From Lama glama (lineage: Eukaryota), in NCBI GenBank assembly GCA_028534125.1, contig CM052828.1:50158001-50222000 (forward strand): a DNA stretch of 64,000 nt, in the 5' to 3' direction. Both the position numbers and the translations under genes were made by a program. The notes under the pieces are model-generated. The model was not told the origin of the DNA and searched no databases. It saw only the letters and a list, made by a program, of their open reading frames with translations. Every line of letters begins with the position of its first letter. Positions within the stretch are counted from its first letter, which is position 1. Below, in pieces: positions 13,565-26,399 of this stretch.

Positions 13565-13825
13565 GGTGAGCCTTGAGGACATTATGCAAACTGAAATAAG
13601 CCGGTCACCCCAGGACAGCTCCTGTAGGATCCCACAGAGAGAGAAAGTAGAATGGGAAGCCTTTTGACGGGTGCAAAATTCCAGTTTTACAAGATGGAAA
13701 GTGTTCTGGAGATGAGGGGTGATGGTTGCACAACATAAATGTACTTACAAATCACTGAATTGTACACTCAGAAATGGTAAGCATGGTCAATTCTGTGGTT
13801 TGATTACCATAGTTAGAAAAAAAAC
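13565..13825 (+). mobile_element. L1MB-like 3' end fragment
   Basis: ccttgaggacattatgcaaactgaaataagccggtcac...gttctggagatg...gatggttgcacaac...cactgaattgtacact. Confidence 0.8.
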
Positions 13826-13852
13826 TGTTTTGGTAATTTAAAGAACAATTAC

Positions 13853-13962
13853 GGAGGGGAAGGTATAGCTCAGTGGTGGAGCACATGCCTAGCATGCACG
13901 AGGTCCTGGGTTCAATCCTCAGTACTGCCATTAAAACAAAAAATAAATAAACTTAATTAAAA
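13853..13962 (+). mobile_element. tRNA-derived SINE (Vic-1-like)
   Basis: ggggaaggtatagctcagtggtggagcacatgcctagcatgcacgaggtcctgggttcaatcc; TSD aacaattac. Confidence 0.92.
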
Positions 13963-14959
13963 AACAATTACCTTTGAAGACCTGAAAGCGAATAACCACC
14001 AACCCAAAATTCTAAACCTAGAGAAATATTTTAAAAGGGAAAAATAAGAATATATTCAAACAAATAAGAAAACTGCTTAACTAATTCAAGGTTTTAAAAA
14101 TAAATATGACTCAAGATTTTGGCATAAATCCCAGGGAAAGGAGGTGTTCACACTGCCCCTGCCCTTCCCAAGGAGGCACCGGCCTCCCCCTGCTCCAGCT
14201 CGTGCTCCCTTCACCATTCGCTAGTCCAGTGTTTCCTAAGCTTTCATGATGCTAAGAATCCTTGAGGCACAGGTTAAGTGCACAGATTTTCCTTAAAAAA
14301 ATCCAAGGGAGTAGGTCTGGGATTAGACTGAGGTTCTGGGTTTTACCAAGCACAAGTGACTCGTGCCAGAATTTGATGAACCGGAGCCCAGCATACACCC
14401 TCATCCTTCATCTGTTAAGCGAGATGTTTGTACTGCAGCTCAAGCAACCACGCCCTGTACTGTACACATAGCTCCCAGCTGCCAGGCTCATAAATACCCA
14501 GCTATTAAAAGCAGCGACGAGACATCTGCTCTGCAAAGTGGCTGAGCAACTGACAGTGGGACAGCCCTGCCTCCAGCTCTGCCATAGGAACCACTTGACT
14601 GGACACTGGATGGCATGCAGGGCACGGCTCATCCTCGGGAGAAGGGACACGCACAAGATGAACACCACTACTGCCCCGGCTCTCGGCTGGGGGACCAAGC
14701 CTCGGGGAAGGTCGGGGGTGCTGCTGCAAGGGCTTAGCGAATAGGAGGGTTGCAAAGGCCCAGGTCCAGGCGGCCCAGGGGTGACCAGCGAGCTGGTGCT
14801 GCAGCGTCACGAGCACAACATAGACCCCGAAGCCTGAGCACAGCAGGATCGCTGGAGTTCTTGCCCAGTGGAGGGGAGAAACCTCATTACTATATCATTA
14901 ACAAGCTTGGTATACAGCAAAGTGCTGCTGGCATCTGATGGGTGGAGGAGGCTGATAAA

Positions 14960-15140
14960 AACCTATTCTATATATGAGTAGGGACATCTATCTACCCTGC
15001 GCACTGTAGCACAGTGAACAGCATCTGAGGCCACCTCCACCCATCAGATGCCAGTGGCACCTTACTAGTTGTAACAACCAGTAATGTCTCCAGAAGATAT
15101 GAAATGTCCCTGGGGCAGTGAGAATCACGGCTCCAGAGAG
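14960..15140 (-). mobile_element. MER20-like hAT DNA transposon remnant
   Basis: cccatcagatgccagtggcacc...gtaacaaccagtaatgtctccaga...aaatgtccctgggg. Confidence 0.65.
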
Positions 15141-16081
15141 TGGTCTTTAGTTGGACAGTGTGGTCTCTCTGGTGTCTCTGCTTTATATACATAGTTTGGG
15201 AATTTTTGAAAGGAAGCAAGTATTGCCAGTTTGCTTTGAAACTGGCTAGCTAGCAAACAAACACCTATTACCCCAGGTCACACACAACCCACCTCCAGGG
15301 GGCACTACCACAATGCCACTACGAGACTGCAGAGCTCGGTGGAACAGTGCGCTGCCATACTTAGCCACCCACAGGAGATTAAACAAAACCTCCGTCTGAA
15401 GGTAACTTTGGCACACGCAGCCCAACACACGGACCAAAGAAACATTCCAAGTAAGGCCAGAGACATAGACAGCTTTTACCCTGAGACAAGCACACACAAG
15501 CAGTCTTTTAGATGGATTATCAACGCAGCCAGAGACGCGGTTAAGAGTGAAGTCAGCATGGTGATAAAGCTGGACAAAGCTCTATACATACTAAGACTGA
15601 CACTGTGTGAATATGTGTGGCCAGATAAAGATTGGGAAAGAAGCTGCAAAAACGATACCACCCATTATTTGGGGTACTGCCCCCGCCCAAGTTTCTGGAG
15701 TAATAGTAAGGAAATGCAGCAATGCTTAAGAAACTGCCTGAGTTTCAAGACTGACTGGCTTTGCGGGTTCCTATTAGAACTATGATTTCCTAACCACCAC
15801 TCCTCCCCTTCAACTAATCCCTCAGAGCAAACTCCTTTCTAATGTTCTCTTCCCCGTCTCTCATGAATATTACAAGGCATTAAAAGGCCTACATATCAAT
15901 TCATTTTGCTATTTTATCTAACATTTATTTCTGCCCATTATTGTACCAGATCAGTTCATCAATGAGATGAAATAAGACAACTGTTACTGTCTCACAATGG
16001 CTCACAACTCTCATTTGTTGGATTATCAGCAGCAGTTCCTGAGAACTAAATGCCTCACCAAATGGGCAAATTATTAAAGAC

Positions 16082-16114
16082 TGAATGAATGAATGAATGA
16101 ATGAGTGAATGAAT
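16082..16114 (+). repeat. (TGAA)n simple repeat, probably an L2 3' tail
   Basis: tgaatgaatgaatgaatgaatgagtgaatgaat. Confidence 0.85.
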
Positions 16115-16639
16115 GGCCTGGAAGACACTAAGCCTGCACCTCCCAGAGCTGACCTCCTTTCCACTCATTATCTCCATCTGGGCCCCAGGCCGCTTCACAT
16201 GTAGCCCCACGTGGTAGGCCTCAGACACATCATCCTACATCACCGCTGTGGTCCTTTACTACCTGCCTAAACAATTTTCAGGGCTCCCTTCTGCCAAGTA
16301 AATAAATCCAAGGACCTGAACTTCTTATCTAGGTCCTCCATCCCCTAGTGCCAATATTCCCTTCTGGATTTACTCAGGACCGAGTGCTCTCCAAAATTCT
16401 TATGCCAACTGTGCTCCTACCATTTTCCACAAAAACTGTTTTAGCTTTTCCATCTCAACATTGTTCAATGCACGAATGCCCCCTGCACACCCACACACCC
16501 CTCACCAATCAGTGGGATCCGTCCCTAAACCATTAAGAACGTACACAAGTGCAGCACTTAGCACCCAAGCTGCTATTTCATCTAATGACACGTACTCGAG
16601 CGTCCTGTGACTGAGTGCCAATAATGAACTTGGCGGGAG

Positions 16640-16830
16640 AGTCTGAACACTAAGTGCCAGGCACTGTGTTAAATGCTTTGCACAGATTGACTCATTTAAT
16701 CCTCACCACAACCAGAAGAATTGGGTAAAATTGCAAATGAGGAAATTTAAGCTCAGAGCAGTTTGCCTAAGGCAAATATCTACAAAGATGGAAAAACCTA
16801 GGATTCATACAAAAGCAGTCACAGTAGAGT
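16640..16830 (-). mobile_element. MIR SINE
   Basis: gtgccaggcactgtgttaaatgctttg...ctcatttaatcctcac...caaatgaggaaa..gctcagag. Confidence 0.75.
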
Positions 16831-18367
16831 CTTGCTATGTCTCTACTCTCCTAAATTTAATGTCTGTCCCAGGTGCTCGGCAGAGTCCATGCTCACAGTC
16901 TCTACCCTAACCGACCTGCCACGGGGTCCTCTACAATGTAACTGTGCACCTGACTCAAAACCTGAGCATTCGGTGCACACCAGATTTCCAGCCCAGAATC
17001 TGAGACAGAAGCATTGATGAAGGGCAACCATCCCTGAGGTTTTACAACTACCATTTCAAAGGGTATTTGCCACTGAGAGAGGTGAAACTTGCAACCTTCA
17101 TGCTACCCCTATGTACTGAAAGATCTTGGTTATAAGGCATAAAAAAAATTGTTAACTCCCCCTATACCAATTAAAATGGGATGTCTGGGGAATGGGCCCA
17201 GGGAATCAGTGTTATTTTAAAATTTTCTCCACATGAACCCAACTTACAGCAGTTTGGGAACCACTGAGCTAAGCGTACCCTTCTAGTTTGCACTGCAGCC
17301 CCACAGAGCAGACCGTTATCAGCTGGTAGCATGACACTGACACATGTAACTCCAGCAGCAGGAATGCCCCCTTTGAAGAAATCTAAACCACAACAGCGCG
17401 CCTTCCTTAACCTGCTTTGTTAGCTCAAACTCCTACCCACAGAAAATTAAACCTGTACCTACCAGCTCCTCTTAACTCTTCCCCAGAAAACTAGAATATT
17501 GACCAATTATCCCTTAATGGGATTAACTTCTTATAAAATGCACAGGTCCAACTCAAGTTTATATCAGAAATAAAAGAGAAATGGAGGAAAAAATTGTGTT
17601 TAACAGTGTTAAACAGTGTGAGAAGCATTACTAGTTTCATTCGGATTTTATCAGAGAGTTAGAATATATCAGAACAGTCCAACAAAGTATCATATGCTTC
17701 TAGGGAGTCACTGTTTCTATAAATACCATAGTGCTACTTTCACTTTACCAGTACCCTCAAGACACTAGTCCCTTGATACTTTCAGAAGGGAAGTATAACC
17801 AGAGACTAGCATGATGTTAGATTGAATCATATGAACTTGCCGGTTCTGTAAGCCCACATCAACTGAACAGCTGCCAATTCATATTGTCCAGTGTAAACAT
17901 AAAGCAATATTGCATCTAGACCAAAACAGAAATAGCTTTAAATAAAAACAGAAGTTCTGAGAACTATGAACATGACATCCGCTGGCTGAAACACCAACAA
18001 AGTTTTCCATCAACTGCCTTTGCACGATCCAAGGAGTAAATTCAGAGGGATGGGATGGGGGGCTTGGGGGAGACAGGCCCCCATAGTGGGGAGGGGGGTG
18101 TGCTGCAGGGGGCAACCCCTTCCTTTCTCACCCTGGGCACATGGCATGCTCACTGCATAGATTTTTGTTTAACATCAGGCTCCGTTTCCTGCAGAGGACT
18201 GCAGACATAGATCTGGAGAACTCAGTAAGCTTGGCCCCTCCCTGCACCCTGGAAGGGCTACCCCTATGTCCTGCTGAGACTCTGGGAGAAAGCATGTCTG
18301 CTGCCCTGACCCCAGGACACTCACAATTAACGTATTCTCTAGAAAGGAGAAGTAAAATGGTTGCAAG

Positions 18368-18505
18368 GAGAGGGGAGGGTATGACATAAGTGGTAGAGCA
18401 CATGCTTAGCATGTACAAGGTCCTGGGTTCAATCCCTACTACCTCCATCAAAAAACATAAGTAAACCTAATTACCACCACCACCACCCCTCCAAAAAAAA
18501 TAAAC
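18368..18505 (+). mobile_element. tRNA-derived SINE (Vic-1-like)
   Basis: A and B boxes, taaacctaattacc tail, TSD aaaatggttRcRag. Confidence 0.92.
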
Positions 18506-18791
18506 AAAATGGTTACGAGAGGATGTCGGAGGGTCAGGGTGTTAAGAGAAAGGATTAAAGGAAAGAGGAAGAGTCCACGATTCATAAAGATGAAGATTAT
18601 TACCTACAACCATATAATCTAAATGGTGTGGATACAAGGAACATGCATTACCCCTAAATTACAGAATTCTACAAATACACCTGCATCACATAGATGATTA
18701 AAAATAGATGTAAGGTACACAAAAATATTTCTCTAAACAGAATACTGATCTATAGAAGCCACCACCTTAAGATGTACTGTATGAGCATCAG

Positions 18792-19390
18792 CAGCCGATC
18801 CTCATTACCAGCAGCGGGTGTGTGGATTCTAACTGCTCCTCAGGCAAATATAGGGTTAGGGTTCCGCCACTCTTTGGTAACAACAGCTTCATCAACTGAT
18901 CAATACTTACATAACCTTGTTTTCTGTATGTCTCTGTTTAACGACACTTTATTTAGTATCTATTGTTGATTCATTAACACTGGATTCCTGAACAACGACA
19001 CTGTAGCTCATACCTGAACGAAGCTTACCACCACGTGTTTTCTCCACCAGGCACAGCACAGTCTTCTGTTTACGAGCACGACAGAACTTTAGCCCTTTGT
19101 TCAAGGGGCCATTTTAAACAACAAAATCACCCAAAATAGCACACAAGTGCAGAAAGCATGGGCACTAAGTAGACCAGAAAAGGGACATTTGTTCCACAAT
19201 TCAAGAGCTGAAATATCTTGTTTAGCCCCAGTGAATGTATGTCTTAGGTGATACAAACCTTGACAGACCATGTACACACCAACGAAAGACCATGAAAGAG
19301 CCTCAAATATTGATTTTTGGAATTACGAATAAATTTTAGCAAGTAGGCAAATACACAAATATACAACCAGCGAGTAAGGAGGACTGACTG
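18792..19390. mobile_element. Tigger-family non-autonomous DNA transposon (MER82/Tigger6-like)
   Basis: Degenerate TIRs cagccgatcctcatta ... taaggaggactgactg followed by TA; internal aataaattttagcaagtaggcaaat motif. Confidence 0.7.
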
Positions 19391-20464
19391 TACATAAATA
19401 CTTGTAAGACAGCTCTACAATAAAAGATAAAGGAAAACTAGGATGTTTATTTCAAAGATGAGTGGACTCCCTGAAAAGAACAAATATCTTCCTGCAAACT
19501 ATCCTCTGGGTATAAAGAGAGTAAAGACGAGACTCTTAAGTAGAGTAAGAAATCAGGCCAAACTGATCTGATTCGTAGGAAAGCCTGCACCAGGTAACAA
19601 GGAAGCACCAGAGAACAACCAGGGATCTCAAGGACTATCTGGTCCCACTGTAGGCATTCAGAGCAAACCCATCGATCCTCAGAATCCAGTAGGGGAACCA
19701 CCACAATTCTACGAGCTGGACACAAAGTCAGGAAACCGAGAGCCCATTAGGATAAAGATCTTAAGGAAAAGTCTCCCTGCATTATGTATTTTGTAATCCA
19801 TAAAATCAAATGTGACAAGACCGTCCTGATTAGTAAGCCTGTCATCCTGCCTGCCCCAGGTCTGGACCTGTAACATTCAGCCCCAAAGACAAGGTGCAGA
19901 CTGGCAAATGGCAGGTGCATGCCCACTAGTGACTGTGGCTGGAAATCATTAGCCATCCTCCACCAGGGTCACCTAGCCCGAGGTCACCATCTAACCCCAC
20001 ACTGGGCCACCTCCCCTGCTCTAACCTGGGGGTGTTACCCTTTGAGGTCTGAACCAGTCCTCCTTCTGTGTCTCAACCAAGAAGAAACTAGGAAGTAAGA
20101 CACCGCTCCCACTGCAGATAGGAAAGCAGCGCATGCTGGAAATCTCAGTAGGGACTGGAGGAGACTTTCTAAAATGAGAGAATACAAGGCTCAAGACACT
20201 ATCCTTTTGAGAAACCTGTGTTCTTAACGAAAACCTGCTGACGTAACAAAAACAAAAAACAAAAATCAAAAACCCACAGCCTATATTGTGCAGTCCCTTT
20301 ATTTGGTAAAACGTTCTGGAAAATGCCCCAGAGATTTGAAGAATGTGAAAAGACCACCATGAGCTGTTTCAAGAGACCGTCAACTGGAGCCACTGATCCA
20401 AACAAAAATGTCATGGTTCACAGTAACTTTTAATTTAGGTCTCAAGTTAAACATAAAATTTAAC

Positions 20465-21105
20465 GATCAAGTGGGAATGTAACTGATGTAGCCACGAAGG
20501 AAGAGAGTACACCAGTTCTTCAAAAAAAATTAGCATATAGTTACAGCAACTCCACTTCTGGGGATGCACTAAAAAGAACTGAAACCATGGACTTGAACAG
20601 CTATTTGTAAAACTTAGTTCACAGCAGCATTATTCACAATAGCCAAAAGGTGGAGACAACGCAAATGTCCACTGACAGATGAATGGATGGATACACAGAA
20701 TGCTGAATGCACCTGTACTGGAGTATTATTCAGCCTTAAAAAGGAATTAAATTCTGACGCCTGCTACAACATGGATGGACCTTGAAGACATTTTGCTAAT
20801 GACATAAGCCAAACACACAAAAATGACAAACACTGTATGATTCCAATTATATGAGTTGCCTAGAGTAGTCAAATTCATAGAGAAGAAGCAGAAGGGTGAT
20901 GGCTGTGGGGGTGAGGGGGCTGGAGGGTTAGTGTTTAATGGGATGTTCAGACTGGTTAAGACAAAAAGTTCTGGAGACAAATAGTGGTGATGGCCGTACA
21001 TCAATATGGATGTACTTAATGTCACTAAATGATATATTGGAAAAGAGTTAAATGGTAAATTTTATGTCGTGTATAATTTATCACAGTGTTTTAAAAAGGT
21101 AAATA
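20465..21105 (+). mobile_element. L1MB-like ORF2 end and 3' UTR
   Basis: gcagcattattcacaatagccaaaaggtgga...caacatggatggaccttgaagacatt...gttctggaga. Confidence 0.88.
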
Positions 21106-22705
21106 AATAACAGGTGATTTTTATATATGACACATCCCACAAGATCATTCAAAATTGCACACTACTGACTATGAGCTTAGCAGCCATTCCATTTACAAAA
21201 CTCAACCTGATTTTTTCCCAGGACCAGAGATTAGGAGGTGGGGCCTGAACATAAAACCACCAATGTTTGGAAGGGCCTTTCACAGCCAGTCTCTTGCCAG
21301 CTTTTGCCCTAAGGAAACACCGCACCTGAAACCTTCAAAGAAGTGTCTTGTTTCTGCACCTCAGCAGGATTCTAGATGCAAGGCTGTGCAGGAGGAAATT
21401 TTCATTCCCAGGTTTCTGGAATTTCAGATAACATTTACGGTTTAACCCCAACAATTCTTGACTTCATAAAGGGACTATTCTCTCAGGTTAATCACGATGG
21501 CAAGTTAGTACCTTTGGGAGATGTTTACATTCACATAAGCAAACATGCCAGGTCAGATCAGATTTCCCAAAGGCACCGTTACAGAATGTTAGCAGGAAGA
21601 CAAAGAAAAACAGGTGGACAATGGCTCACCTGTGCAGCAAAGAGCAAGCTTTGTTTGACTGAACCATCACCTCAAACCTAACTTAAGGTTTTTGGTGGAA
21701 TTCTAGTGAAATTTCCTATTTATTTACGGGAGCTAAGCATGATCTGCCAAGACAAACATCTGGCTAATTTGTGGGGAAATCTGAGTATCTATCTCCTAAA
21801 TGGTAGAAGGTGCAACAAAATAACAAAGAGGATGATGAAGGACAATGAAGACCCCTGGATGGGCCCTGTAGTCATGTCCACGTCACCCAAGAGGAAACCT
21901 GCTCACGTGCTGTCACCAGTCACGACAGTGAGATGCCAGGGTCCAGGTTCACACAGCCTAGAGATTAACAAGACTCTGCTCAAGGAAAGATGAGGAGGTA
22001 ACATCTTGCATTTGGCAGAGAAAAGGACTCCCAAGAGACAGAAGTCCTAGAGAAGCAGCAACTAGGTACAGAAGCAGTACTTTTAATTTACATTGTTTGG
22101 TTTTAGCCTTCAATTAGGATTTTACTTTTTTTAATGAAAATTGTGTATATATATTAAGATGTATAACATGATGTTTTCATACAAATACACACTGGGTAAC
22201 GATTACTGTAGTTAAACCAGTTAACCATCTCCATCACCTCACGTAGCTAGCCTTTTCTGTGTCTTCTACTGCAGGCAAATTTCAAGTATACAACACAGCT
22301 AAATGAGAATTACAAAAAAAAGAAGCCCTTAAGATCTTGACACTGGTGTATCTGTGGCAACTCCTTTGTAAAGACACCTGAAATCCTTCCTTGTCTTACC
22401 GCTAAGACCGGAGTAAACTATGGAATGATTTCATGGTATTTTCTCAATACAAAAACACAAACACATCAAATCAGATCTTATTAAAACTGCTATCATGTAT
22501 ACTAAAGAAAAAAAATTATACTAGAAAAATAACTTGAATAAAGAGCAACCAAAATTCTCTCCAAAATCAATTAAATCAATGTAAAATTTCAAGTTTAACC
22601 CCAAATACCCAACTATTTTCTCTAATACTCTAAGACTAATCACAACTATAGAATATAGTGAATGAGTCTGTATGTGGGGTGGATTCCATCTATATTTTTT
22701 CTTTC

Positions 22706-22918
22706 TTTAAATTTTTATTTTTACTTAAGTATAGTCAGCTTACAATGCTGTGTCAGTTTCTGGTGCACAGCACAATGCATCAGTCATATAGGAACATACA
22801 TATATTCGTTTCCATATTCTTTTTCACCAATAAGTTACTCAAGATAAAGAATATAGTTCCCAGCGCTTACACAGTATGAATCTGTTATCTGTTTTATATA
22901 TATTAGTTATTATCTGCA
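22706..22918 (-). mobile_element. 5'-truncated lineage-specific L1 3' end (same family as 12491-12700)
   Basis: Aligns by eye with 12491-12700; TSD tatattttt(t)ctttc. Confidence 0.88.
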
Positions 22919-23247
22919 TATATTTTTCTTTCATTAACACAATTACATCGAATGATTAAATTGGTCATTTCGAAATATAATCATTCCCTTTCTCAAATGC
23001 AGTCTCCTCACAGATACAAAATTCAATCCATGAAATCTTTTCTAGATCTACTTTGTATTTATAAATTTTATAGATCTTTTCTCATAGATTAACTGTATTG
23101 AAGTACAATTGATATTATATAACCTTCGGGTGTAGAATATAGTGATTCACAATTTTTTCTAGTTAACGAAATTTTTAATTTACTGAAATCTTTACCGACA
23201 TGCTTCCAGTGCTTCATGTACACACTTTGGTCCAGAACGACACTTAC

Positions 23248-23472
23248 CTTGCGGTAAATCATATGGCACATGGCTACTCGTAACCGCATCCCCGCACACT
23301 GAACGTGGTAGAAGTATAAATGGTGCAGGATGGCCAAGATGAGCACGCAGGTACTCAGCACTGCGGCGTGGCCATAGGCTTCATGCAAAGCCACAGTATC
23401 GCTGGGATCATAGTTTTCAAAATAATTAATGATTTTCCCCAAAAATAAGGGCTGAACTACTTTGGTGCCTTC
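23248..23472 (-). CDS. ABCC4: ABCC4/MRP4 coding exon (human exon 4 equivalent, 225 nt, aa 103-177)
   Basis: Acceptor ttttag|GAAGGC and donor AAG|gtaagt. Translates [75 protein letters not shown], matching MRP4 TM1-TM2. Phase 0-0. Confidence 0.98.
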
Positions 23473-25568
23473 CTAAAAGTAAAGAAAAAAAACCCCTAAT
23501 TAGAAATATAAGCCATACCAGTTTTTGATTAACACAACTTTTACATTTATTATTTGCAAATTAAAAATGTATTTTGACAAAATGCTACTTTCATAGCTAA
23601 TCTAAAAGAAAACTAGGTAGATCCACTCTCTTCTCTAAGACAAGCAGACAACAGTTTTCACCTTAAGCCAAAATTTTACAGAGACAATCAAGCTTTAGTA
23701 CAGCACACTTGGTACACTGTGGATCTTCAATAAATATTAAAACCAGTGCTTCAGAACGCATCTGGCAAAATTCTGAGTCTTGGCCTAAGACAAATAAGGG
23801 AAAAGGTGGCAGCAGAAGGGTAAGGAATTGGCTTACATGTGAACAAGCCCCCTGTTCTCTCAACATCCCAGCCCAACAAAAAGTCAAGATGGCTCATGTA
23901 TGGAAGGCATGATCTTAACCATCTCCTTCTGCTTTGAGAACCTTTATGCATTGAGACATTGGCACCAACACAGGTCCCATCTTTCCCAGCCCAAACTCAG
24001 TGGGTCTGTAGATCAAGAGAATAGAGCGCAGCTTCTGTTGGAATATGTGTCACAAAGAAACCGGACTTGGGGGGTCTCCAGGCTCTCAGCCCCAGGAGGC
24101 ACTGTGTCAGTATGGCTCCACCTTCCTAGAAGCTGGGATGTTTCTTGGAGTTAAATACTAAACACGGCAGAAGCCAAACCAAAAAAATGATCTTATCTGT
24201 GGTTCTCTATCTGACATACACCGCAGGCACTGGTGTGGAAGAAAAATTACCAATCATCTATTCCCTAAGGCAAAAATTAAAACACTAAACTCAAGAGCTA
24301 GGGGACATAGGGGCTTATCTCCTGAGTAAGAGTTAGGGAAAGCAATTTTCTTTCCCAAAACTAAAGGTAAAGAAACAGCAACACTTGCCCATCCTGCCAA
24401 ACGGCCACTGCACCCCACGACCTAGTTTCTCCCCCTAGTCACCCCTTATGAGGTGCCTTTCTGCCTCATCAAGGAACATCAAACACTCAACACAAATCCA
24501 AGTCACCAACAGTAAACACCTAGGCCCTCAGCATCACTTCCTCCTCGGACTTCTCAAAACACAAATGCCACAAGTTCAGAAATCTTTCGGGAACTTGACT
24601 TTGGAAAGGAAGGGAAGGAAAATCCAAAACGTCAAACATGAAACAAACTAGCATGTCTTTTCTGCTCAACTAACTAGAGTCCGGATCAGCATATTTACAT
24701 AAAGCTGTCCTCACCCCTCAAACAGGAGTGACGTGAAACCTCAACATTCCTGTCTTGCTCCACACACATGAACACACACGTTCACAGCCTGAGCCAACTG
24801 CCTCGCCTTTCCTGAGGTCACAGAAGTTTTCCCCTACTGTAGAGAAGGGGGTACGGTTTAGTTGAAGAATTGTAAGTAAGATAATCGGCTCTCAAGAACA
24901 CAAAAGCTCACTGTGGCAGCTCTAGCATGTCCAATCACTCATCACAGGAAACACTAAGAGCTCATGGAAGAGCCCCTCCTACAGTAGATTGTAAAGCCCA
25001 CTGTTTATAGAAACTGAGATGGAAAGCTGGAGGCTTACACATAGAAGAATGTCAAACTGTATACATGGGCATCACAGCTCAGGTATAGCCAAGGGCAGCC
25101 CAGTCTGCAAACCTGGGGCTCTCCAGAAGCCCAGCGGTAACACCTGCCATCCCACTCTCCTAAAATCTGTCATTGTCTTTGGGAATCTGTTGCCTGTTAC
25201 TCAGCTACTCTCCATTTCAGCCTATCATCAGTGTAATTATAAGAGAAAGTAAGATTAATACCATCCACCAAGGGAAAAAAAAAATACCACCCACCCAGGG
25301 CAATGCTGAAAGATGCAATAAATGCAGCAAAAAGTACAAAATGAAGGCAGGTCACTACTGCCTAAGCATCTGGATTTTTCCATTGAGAGACTTGTACTTA
25401 ATAACCCAGTTGAGTAAACAGCCTCATTAAGGAGTAAAGCCAGTTCATGGCCCATAGCTTCCACTCCTCTGTCCGGTCATGATCCTAACCCTCAACTAGT
25501 AAGAAATAAAACAAGTAAGAAAATACTTATCAAACCTGAAATCAAATTAACCAAGTTAAAACTTTCTA

Positions 25569-25715
25569 GGGGACAAGGTATAGCTAAAATGGTGGAGCAC
25601 ATGCCTAGCATGCATGGGGCCCTGGGTTCAATCCCCAGTACCTCCATTTTAAAAAACTAATCAAAAAACAAATGACTTCCTCACAACAAAAAAATAAAAA
25701 TTAAAAAAAAAAAAA
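25569..25715 (+). mobile_element. tRNA-derived SINE (Vic-1-like)
   Basis: ggtatagct...ggtggagcacatgcctagcatgcat...cctgggttcaatccccagtacctccatt; poly-A; TSD actttct. Confidence 0.92.
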
Positions 25716-26399
25716 CACTTTCTGGACAAGCAGGAACAAGGTCAGAAATGGTTCTCATGAACCCTTCATCACTGACACCACCCAGTAAGACTCTTGCCAC
25801 AAACCGACTGAGAATATAGTTCTTATTTCTTCACAAGAAGTCTTCACAATTGTGAAATCACAGGGGACTTTTAAAACAGCCCAATATAATACCACAATGC
25901 CCTAACATTGAAGGTTCTAGGAGAGTCTGAGTCTCTGAAGCAGACATTTCTTGGTGGAGTCCTGGGTATTCAGCCTTCTGAAAGCACCAGACATTTGGGC
26001 TCCACTTCTTGCTTCTTAGGTTAACTTCTTATGCAGTTCCGTGCTTGAACTTCCCCAGTGAGTACAGCTCCTCCTTTTTCCCTATATACTTGAAACACTC
26101 CTTGCCCAATTCTACCTTCTCTGATTTATGAGGGGGGGAAAAAAAAGGAAATAGAAACCACCTACCAGACACCGAAAAAATGTTTGAGTAAAACATATAA
26201 ATAGAAAAGAATGAGACTACGGGAAAAATGAAAAGGCAGTTAATTTTCAAAAACAAAGGAAAAGTGACAAAGGTAAAGCTGAGAAAGATCCAGAGATAAG
26301 AAGGAAGAGCAGTGAACACGGGGAAACAGTAACCATCAGGACTCCAGACAGAAGCACATTCCATCACTCATAAAACCAAACCAAATTAACAACAAAAAC

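Noticed and set aside
13853-13930. tRNA-like sequences with A and B boxes (12 places)
   Set aside because: They have A-rich tails, TSDs and decayed stems, so they are SINEs rather than tRNA genes.
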